Positions 25,701 to 32,000 of a stretch of DNA of 32,000 nt are shown piece after piece. Source of the DNA: Candidatus Scalindua sp. (GTDB taxonomy: Bacteria; Planctomycetota; Brocadiia; Brocadiales; Scalinduaceae); assembly GCA_031316235.1 (NCBI GenBank), contig JALDRA010000002.1, positions 1 through 32,000 on the forward strand, given 5' to 3'. The notes beneath the pieces were generated by a model that was not told the DNA's origin, searched no databases, and was given only the letters and a program-made list of their open reading frames with translations. The position numbers and the translations under genes were made by a program. Each line of letters starts with the position of its first letter. Position 1 is the stretch's first letter.

Positions 25701-27047
25701 TCAAGGTGTCTGGAAGGTTGCCCTGGCTTCAATGATGTATTTCCCTGGATCTAAGGAGGCAAAATTTGTAGAAACAGTGCATTCACCATTAGCACAATTA
25801 TCCAGTGTAACGGATTGTGTTTTTGGTGTGCCACCTACATGCGGCTTTACACTAACCTCTACAGTAGTCCCATCTGGTACATTTTTAGTTTCCAGGTCTA
25901 CTTTTAATGGCCCCGGAGATGTCATAATCACATCCACCTCCCCAAAACCTCCAAGCGGTATTTCCGGTACAAGACCGTCATTATCATCATTAAGATGAGT
26001 AATCCTAACTTCTGGCGTTAAGGGATTTGTTAATGGGCCTAACGAAGGTGAACGTGTAGCTACTGGTATAGTTCTATTATCCGGGAAGTCATTTGCAAAA
26101 GACTCCATACGGATAATACCTAACCCATCAGTTGTCGAATTCGCACCATTCCTTGCTTCAATTCTACCGTTAACGTTACCGGTAATAGTCTTAGCAATCA
26201 ACCTAATGGCACCACCAGATCCAGGTCCACCAGATGTTGAACAAGCAGACAATCCTCTTTGGCCTCTCCCTCCCCCTGTAGTAAAAATATTTCCATTTAC
26301 CGTAATGGACCCGTTAGCAGCAATCAATATAGCTCCACCCCCACCTCCGCCTCCTCCACCAGAGCAATTAATTTCATTGGTTGATGAGGAACCACCTCCT
26401 CCTCCAGATCCACCAAACATCGGTAATAGTTCCGGCATCCCAATAAACGTCCCATCTCCTCCAATCCCAAATGGATCAAGATCGCCAACAAAATCAGATG
26501 CCTTCCCACCAGATCCTCCACCAGGTCCAAAACCAGTACCACCGTCATTAGCAAAGTTCATTAACTGATAGGCTCCATCACCTCCTCTGAATCCACCCGG
26601 ACCTCCCATACCCCCAATCCTACCTCTCCCATTTTCACCATTCACATTTATGCTATCATTCGTGTCTATCTCCACATCACCATTTACTAGGAGCGTCACC
26701 GGTGTATTTGCTTCATTTAGTTCAAATCGTATTGTGGCATTGCCTGTCGGGAAGCCGGGATAGCCATTCACAGTAAAACTGTCAAATATCAGGATCCCAT
26801 CGTCTGGTAAAGGAATTGTAATGGCATCCCCACTACGTGTTGTCCCTGACGGCCAGGTGTTTTCATCAACGCTGTTGAAGTCACCCAGACTATCATTACT
26901 TTCACTGCAACCGCAGATGTCGATCTCCTGGGCACTACATGGTACATGCTGAAGCAATAAACTGACTAACACGATAAACACCCCAATTCTGCCCATTTGG
27001 ATACAACAGATTATTAGATTGTCTATTGTTGATTTATTTCTCCTCAT
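25701..27047 (-). CDS. Secreted glycine-rich protein, probable beta-helix/repetitive surface protein
   Basis: The ORF is open to 27083. ATG 27047 (MRRNKST...) is preceded by AGGGGA and followed by a hydrophobic signal-like segment ending CSAQE. The central region has GGMGGPGGFRGGDG, GGSGGGGGSS, a G9 run, and repeated G-rich/(I/V)x(I/V) turns (AILIAANGSITVNGNI, AIRLIAKTITGNVNGRI). Confidence 0.7.
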   Translation of the reverse strand: MRRNKSTIDNLIICCIQMGRIGVFIVLVSLLLQHVPCSAQEIDICGCSESNDSLGDFNSVDENTWPSGTTRSGDAITIPLPDDGILIFDSFTVNGYPGFPTGNATIRFELNEANTPVTLLVNGDVEIDTNDSINVNGENGRGRIGGMGGPGGFRGGDGAYQLMNFANDGGTGFGPGGGSGGKASDFVGDLDPFGIGGDGTFIGMPELLPMFGGSGGGGGSSSTNEINCSGGGGGGGGGAILIAANGSITVNGNIFTTGGGRGQRGLSACSTSGGPGSGGAIRLIAKTITGNVNGRIEARNGANSTTDGLGIIRMESFANDFPDNRTIPVATRSPSLGPLTNPLTPEVRITHLNDDNDGLVPEIPLGGFGEVDVIMTSPGPLKVDLETKNVPDGTTVEVSVKPHVGGTPKTQSVTLDNCANGECTVSTNFASLDPGKYIIEARATFQTP

Positions 27048-27288
27048 TTTCAAATCCCCTATTAACAAATTAACATGAAACAAAATTTATAACTCTCTTA
27101 TAGTGATCCTAGACGTAATTATAAGCAAGTTACAATAAACGAAAGTTACTAGCACACTGTGGTTGCCACATTTATCAGACCAATTTTGTAGTTGCTTGTT
27201 TTATCAAGCTAATCATAATCTAGTCATTACTCGATTTCCACACGCCCACACCCCCAAAAAACCACCTTAAGCCTCATAAACGAGCCAA

Positions 27289-30200
27289 CTACTCATTTAC
27301 TTCCAAACCTATAATAGGTGCAACGACTGCTGGTGTCTCTCCTTCCTGAGGCGCACCCACAATAACGGTCAACTCATGAGCCTCCCCACCCGCATACAAT
27401 GTTAACGTAGCTCTTCCTGCTCGCCCTGTTGCTATTGGCAAAACTGTCACAGTTTTACCCTGTGTAATAAGTAATTCTGTACCTATAGATATTACAGCAA
27501 CCTCACTAGCATCACTGGTATATGTTACAACTTCACCACCAACACCTGCCGGGGAAGATAGCAGTTCTACATTCAGGTTATATCCACTGTTCTCCCGCAA
27601 GAATACCAGTCCCAAGGATTGTGGCGCGTACACATTTAATCCTACAACAGGCGCCAGAACAGGTGGTATCTGCCCCGCTGAAGGGGATCCAACTATAACA
27701 GTCAGTAAGCGTATCTCATCGCCCACCTGCAATCTCAATATCGCTTTTCCGGAAACAAATGTCTTAATGATAAACTGGGCATCTGTTTCTCCCGATTGAA
27801 TCACTACATTTCCATCAACGCGTGCAACTTCGGATCTATCGCTCGTTATCGTTACCCTGGTCTCCTCGGTTGCAGCAGTGTTAAGTAATTTGAGGGATAT
27901 AACCTGTTCTCTGCCCACAGGAATAATCGTACTTCCCAGAGAGTTGAGAGTATTTACCACGATACCAACAGGTCTGGCAAAAACAGGTGGTATCCTATTC
28001 TCTGAAGGTGTTCCTACAATAACTGTCAGCAAGCGCACCTCTTCTCCTACCTGCAATTTCAATATCGCTTTCCCGGAAACAAATGTCTTAATGGTAAACT
28101 GGGCATCTGTTTCTCCCGATTGAATTACTACATTTTCATCAACACGCGCAACGTCAGGGTTATCGCTTGTTATCGTTACTCTGATATCCTCGGTTGCAGC
28201 AGTGCTAAGCAATTTGAGGGATATAATCTGTTCTCTACTCTCAGGAATAATTATACTTCCGACAGAGTTGAGCGTATTTACCACAACACCAACAGGTTTG
28301 GCAAAAACCATTAATTGCTGTTGAGACACGGGTTCGCTTACTGATATAACGGCCGCATCGACGCCGTTATTTGAACTCGCTACAATTGTTGTATTATTAC
28401 CGAGAACATTCGTTATATCAAAACTGTTTCCTCTCACTTGTACAGGAAGTTCTGTTTCGCCTGCCGTTATTCTTACAGAATTCTGAAGAGTAACCACATT
28501 TGAATTGACAGCTCTCAAGTCAACCGTTAGATCTTCGTTTAAAGGACTCGAAAGTAAGAGTTGCAGTGTCCCCATTCCTCCAACTGGTATTCCTAAGAGT
28601 TTTGGTCGAATACGAAGACCCACAACCACATGTACGACCACCTGATCCTGAGCAATTATATCCCCACGACTATTTCGTGCGGCTGCCGTAATGGTCAATT
28701 GCGATGTTGCAATTACTGTCGGTACCGTAAAGGTTGTTTTGTAAAATGGTCCGGGTACAGGAGGAAACTCCTGACCATTAACAGTAAAGGTAACCGTAGA
28801 AATTCCAAGCGATGTGCTTCCTCTTGCCTGCAGGAGAAGTTCTGAATTCTCAATCACGTTGTCACCATTTACAGGATTTGTTATGGCAAAGGTCCCTGTA
28901 GTAAACGTATATATTAATGGTCCTGCCAATGGATTACCATCAGCATCTACTAACTGGTTATCCCATACATCAGTTATACGATCAGTCAGTTGTATTGTTA
29001 TTACTGTGCTAAACGGAAGCGCATCGTCAGGTGTAAAAATAAGTCCCGTGTTACCATTAGTGAAACGAAGTTCTCCGGTTACTTCAGTACCTCCTGCTTT
29101 AAGAGCAAATGAAGAACTATCAACTGTCTCTGTTTTAACAGGTTCCGTAAATCTAATCTGAATTGTCGTAGAGACAGAAACCTCAGTAGCACCATCGTGG
29201 GGAAATACACTTAATACCTGCGGCGAAGTCTGATCTGGAGATTCAGTCGTAAAGAAAGTATTAATCTGCTCTTCTAGTGCATTCCCTGCAACATCAGTAA
29301 TATCAGTGGTCACCACAACTCGATACCGTGTATTAAAGGTAAGCTCATTATCCGGCATGATGGTAATTGTTCGTCCCGCATTAGTAATGCTTATGCTCGC
29401 ACTGACAGTGTCTCCGCCATCAGCCGTAAATAAAACAGTATTACTATTTACCGTATCTGGATTAAGGGCTTCATTCAAAGTAATCCGTATCGTTGGCATC
29501 GGTTCTACGTCAACAGCTCCAACTGGTGGATCTACTGAAACAAATTCTGGTGGAATAACATCTGCCACTCTTAAGGTAATCGATGAAGATTTCGAATTAC
29601 CGGCATTATCCCTTGCCGTAGCAGTAATATTGATAGAAGCATTTGTGGCTGCCGCTTCAGGTACAGTGAATTGAAATTCTCTGCTTATTGTTGTTATTGG
29701 ATCAAGAGTAACCGTTTCCTCAAAAGTAGCAGCGCCAGTTACCTTAAGTTCAATCTCTGTTATTCCCACGTTATCACCCGCAGTGACAGTTACCGTAACA
29801 TCCTGCTTGGGAACTACCTCTGAGTTATCGGCAGGTTTATCAATACCTACCGTCGGAGCCATTGGATCCGTTACCGAAACGGGGAGTGTCACAGGGGCGC
29901 TCAGATTGTCATTTGCATCCTTAGCAATGGCAGTCAGCATTATGGGAGAACCAATAAGGGAGACATCATTGGGAACACTCAAAGTAAACGTAGTAGAAAC
30001 GGAAGGATTCCCTGTCGCAAAATCTCTCGTTTCAGGCACGATCGTTCCTTTGTCCGAACTCAAAGTTATACGTTTGATTCCTACATTATCTGTAGCGTCA
30101 ACAACTATGTCCAGACCCTCACCGATACCAACTGATGTTAACCCATTTTGCGTATTCAAACGTGAAACAACCGGTGCAGCATTATCCCGTACTACCATCA

Positions 30201-32000
30201 CCACAGGAGGAGAGTTTCCTCTATTACCATCTTCATCAACTGCATGTGCCGAAATGATTAAGTTATTACCGGCAGACGCGTTATTTGGTATCTGAAAGGT
30301 GAAACTGGTTGATGCCTTCGACGTGCGAATGTTATCCTTTGTAAATGAACCTATAGGAGTTCCTCCACTTGAGACATCAGCATGTATAGTAGACACCTTG
30401 CCTCTATCTTCTGCCATAACCTGTATTACGATCGTATCTCCTGGATCTACCAGTGTCCCAGATAGAGGATTTGAAACAGTTACGACCGGAGGTGCTCCGT
30501 CTGTCACAATTAATTGGCGTGTAACGGTCTGGCTGTTTTGCTGCAACGTATCTTTTGCTGATACTCTCAGGTTAATCGTTGCACCTGGAGCAGCAGTATC
30601 TGGCACGGTGAAATGGAATGTGTGATCAACAGTTATCAAAGGTGCCTCTAGAACTTCTACTTCATTAGCAGTTGCAGCACCCGTTGCTGAATAAGCAACT
30701 TCACGTACTCCAACATCATCGCTAGCACGCACAACAACATTTACCTGTTGGCCGGTAGCAACATTTGAGTGATCGAGAGGTTGTGTTATCACAATATCTG
30801 GAGGAAGGTTAGGATTCGCGTTAAGAACAATGGTCAGACCTTTACTAATATTGCCTGCCGTGTCTACCGCTTTGGCCTCTATACGTATCTCAGCACCAAG
30901 GCGATTGGTCAACACGAGCTCTATTTCGTAGGGTCGAGTCTCAACTTTTTTATAATGCTCACCATTTACAAAGAAGTCAACATAGGCGACATCATCTGCA
31001 TCTCCAGGGTCAGCAGTAATTCTGGTTTTCTCACCTACAAATATTGAGGTTCCACCCAGTGAAGTTAATGAATTAATATCTGGGCCTATGGTATCAATTG
31101 TACGAAAACTCCAGGTTGTAATCTCTTGTGGCTGTGGATTCGCGGCCCTGTCTTTGACCGGGCCCTGAATCGTAACCGTGTAGGTCTTATTCGGTTCAAG
31201 CCGTGATGCAGGGACAAATACTATGACGGTATCATTAAGGATCGGAAGAGTGTTCAGCTTTCCATCTATATCACTACTTCCATCATTGAGCGTAAAAGAT
31301 CTAATGCTGTCTCGATCAATAGCCTCATCAAACTTAACCCTGATTACGCTCTCAATTGGAACCTGCACGGCAGTATCCTGAGGACTCAGACTCAGAGTCT
31401 CAGGAGGTGTAGAATCATTTATGGTAAAATGGCTCTCAAAATCTTCAAGAAGAGTGAAGCCTACCATATCCTTGACACCAGGTGTTATGTTGCCATTAAA
31501 CCCCACTTTTTCTGAAACAACCGATACCGTAACTAAGCGAAGAGCAGGGATTGGCTTTGCAGGCGTAAACGTAATTGCAGGAGGTGATGTCGATGTCTGA
31601 ATCGTTCCCGTAATCTCTCCGGCGGCTGTTGAAACCTTAAATGTCTTATCATTAACCGTGTCAGGATCAACCGGCTCTGAAAGCGTAACAACGACACTGG
31701 TACCGGGACTAACATCCGATTCTCCGTCTGTCGGGGTGATACTCACTACTCTTGGACTATCATCATCAAGCGTAATTGTCCCCAAATCAACTATCTGACC
31801 ATTTTGATTAATCGTAACTTGTGCAGAATTCTGACCGGTACTGACAGGATCTAACAGCGCTATGTCGCTGTCTCCCAGCGGGATTGCTCTAAACTCAAAG
31901 CAGCCGTTTACGTCCGTTTCAGTGGTGAGACGTAACGCGCTCCTCCCTGCTTTAGTGAGGATAATCACAGCATTAGGAGCGGCATTAACCCCATCAGCTC
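27289..32000 (-). CDS. Giant cell-surface protein (more than 1560 aa, N-terminus outside the window) made of Ig-like domains: probable adhesin or S-layer-type protein
   Basis: The frame is open through position 32000. A CarboxypepD_reg-like segment (TDVNGCFEFRAIPLG) is followed by at least 4 SbsA-Ig/Big_5-like domains (P.V.S..P.dg...V.....i...F.E..d..TV......l). There are at least 6 ~95-aa Ig-like repeats with V.A.D..G motifs, and four C-terminal ~108-aa modules. Confidence 0.85.
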   Translation of the reverse strand, partial: ADGVNAAPNAVIILTKAGRSALRLTTETDVNGCFEFRAIPLGDSDIALLDPVSTGQNSAQVTINQNGQIVDLGTITLDDDSPRVVSITPTDGESDVSPGTSVVVTLSEPVDPDTVNDKTFKVSTAAGEITGTIQTSTSPPAITFTPAKPIPALRLVTVSVVSEKVGFNGNITPGVKDMVGFTLLEDFESHFTINDSTPPETLSLSPQDTAVQVPIESVIRVKFDEAIDRDSIRSFTLNDGSSDIDGKLNTLPILNDTVIVFVPASRLEPNKTYTVTIQGPVKDRAANPQPQEITTWSFRTIDTIGPDINSLTSLGGTSIFVGEKTRITADPGDADDVAYVDFFVNGEHYKKVETRPYEIELVLTNRLGAEIRIEAKAVDTAGNISKGLTIVLNANPNLPPDIVITQPLDHSNVATGQQVNVVVRASDDVGVREVAYSATGAATANEVEVLEAPLITVDHTFHFTVPDTAAPGATINLRVSAKDTLQQNSQTVTRQLIVTDGAPPVVTVSNPLSGTLVDPGDTIVIQVMAEDRGKVSTIHADVSSGGTPIGSFTKDNIRTSKASTSFTFQIPNNASAGNNLIISAHAVDEDGNRGNSPPVVMVVRDNAAPVVSRLNTQNGLTSVGIGEGLDIVVDATDNVGIKRITLSSDKGTIVPETRDFATGNPSVSTTFTLSVPNDVSLIGSPIMLTAIAKDANDNLSAPVTLPVSVTDPMAPTVGIDKPADNSEVVPKQDVTVTVTAGDNVGITEIELKVTGAATFEETVTLDPITTISREFQFTVPEAAATNASINITATARDNAGNSKSSSITLRVADVIPPEFVSVDPPVGAVDVEPMPTIRITLNEALNPDTVNSNTVLFTADGGDTVSASISITNAGRTITIMPDNELTFNTRYRVVVTTDITDVAGNALEEQINTFFTTESPDQTSPQVLSVFPHDGATEVSVSTTIQIRFTEPVKTETVDSSSFALKAGGTEVTGELRFTNGNTGLIFTPDDALPFSTVITIQLTDRITDVWDNQLVDADGNPLAGPLIYTFTTGTFAITNPVNGDNVIENSELLLQARGSTSLGISTVTFTVNGQEFPPVPGPFYKTTFTVPTVIATSQLTITAAARNSRGDIIAQDQVVVHVVVGLRIRPKLLGIPVGGMGTLQLLLSSPLNEDLTVDLRAVNSNVVTLQNSVRITAGETELPVQVRGNSFDITNVLGNNTTIVASSNNGVDAAVISVSEPVSQQQLMVFAKPVGVVVNTLNSVGSIIIPESREQIISLKLLSTAATEDIRVTITSDNPDVARVDENVVIQSGETDAQFTIKTFVSGKAILKLQVGEEVRLLTVIVGTPSENRIPPVFARPVGIVVNTLNSLGSTIIPVGREQVISLKLLNTAATEETRVTITSDRSEVARVDGNVVIQSGETDAQFIIKTFVSGKAILRLQVGDEIRLLTVIVGSPSAGQIPPVLAPVVGLNVYAPQSLGLVFLRENSGYNLNVELLSSPAGVGGEVVTYTSDASEVAVISIGTELLITQGKTVTVLPIATGRAGRATLTLYAGGEAHELTVIVGAPQEGETPAVVAPIIGLEVNE
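27658..28305 (-). repeat. Two tandem, near-identical 324-bp coding modules inside the giant surface-protein gene
   Basis: 27658..27981 and 27982..28305 encode FARPVGIVVNTLNSLG...SAGQIPPV and FAKPVGVVVNTLNSVG...SENRIPPV. Long identical DNA runs are shared (for example GGAAACAAATGTCTTAATG, then TAAACTGGGCATCTGTTTCTCCCGATTGAAT). A third, diverged module lies at 27325..27657 and a fourth upstream. Confidence 0.9.

Noticed and set aside
26206-26568. A 120-aa proline-rich ORF on the plus strand (MAPPDPGPPD...PPPPPPPPPP...).
   Set aside because: It is the antisense shadow of the glycine-rich gene (GGN codons read as NCC). It has no RBS, and the minus-strand ORF is far longer and has a signal peptide.
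27658-28305. The tandem near-identical modules as a diversity-generating retroelement TR/VR pair.
   Set aside because: Differences between the two copies are scattered transitions at all four bases, not adenine-specific. Both copies are in-frame parts of the same gene. No reverse transcriptase is nearby.
28814-30625. Several 100-170-aa plus-strand ORFs (28814-29161, 29306-29674, 29783-30295, 30299-30625).
   Set aside because: All are antisense to the uninterrupted 4.7-kb surface-protein ORF. Their composition is low-complexity Ser/Thr/Val-rich, as expected for shadow frames.

Overview
This is a gene-dense bacterial chromosomal window. It is AT-leaning, roughly 40% GC judged from sampled lines, and most genes are on the minus strand. 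Housekeeping genes are recognisable from signature motifs: zwf, aroA, hemC, pepD, a fabD-like acyltransferase and a GH13 alpha-amylase-family enzyme. Accessory content sits between them.

Four things stand out.
1. A highly conserved, strongly structured ~140-bp intergenic element is present in nine copies between 4.4 and 24.1 kb, about one per 2-3.5 kb. It has two length classes and two sequence subfamilies. It has TATACT/AGTATA termini, TA flanks and imperfect ~26-bp terminal inverted repeats. No transposase is present in the window. It resembles a MITE or Correia-type element, and I cannot assign it to a named family.
2. A minus-strand operon-like array (1-7035) encodes an unusual single polypeptide. 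It fuses a PqqD/RRE-like N-terminus, a radical SAM/SPASM core and a complete ArsM-type As(III) SAM-methyltransferase with all four conserved cysteines. Next to it are a GT-C (DUF2029-like) membrane glycosyltransferase, a processive GT2 synthase and an iron-sulfur flavoprotein.
3. Gene remnants cluster at 4.2-10 kb: a DUF3179 C-terminus, a TlpA-like redoxin C-terminus, an internally deleted flavoprotein disulfide reductase, and a glucokinase with an in-frame TGA plus truncation. Some directly abut repeat copies.
4. A surface-protein locus occupies 25.7-32 kb. It holds a secreted glycine-rich protein and a giant Ig-like-domain protein of more than 1560 aa that runs off the window, with two near-identical 324-bp tandem modules.

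Two genes are visibly GC-richer than their surroundings and may be acquired: a Kv-type potassium channel and a HEAT-repeat protein next to a GemA-like gene. No rRNA, tRNA or CRISPR array was seen. Taxonomy cannot be established from the window. The gene content is compatible with a Planctomycetota-like genome, but that is only a guess.
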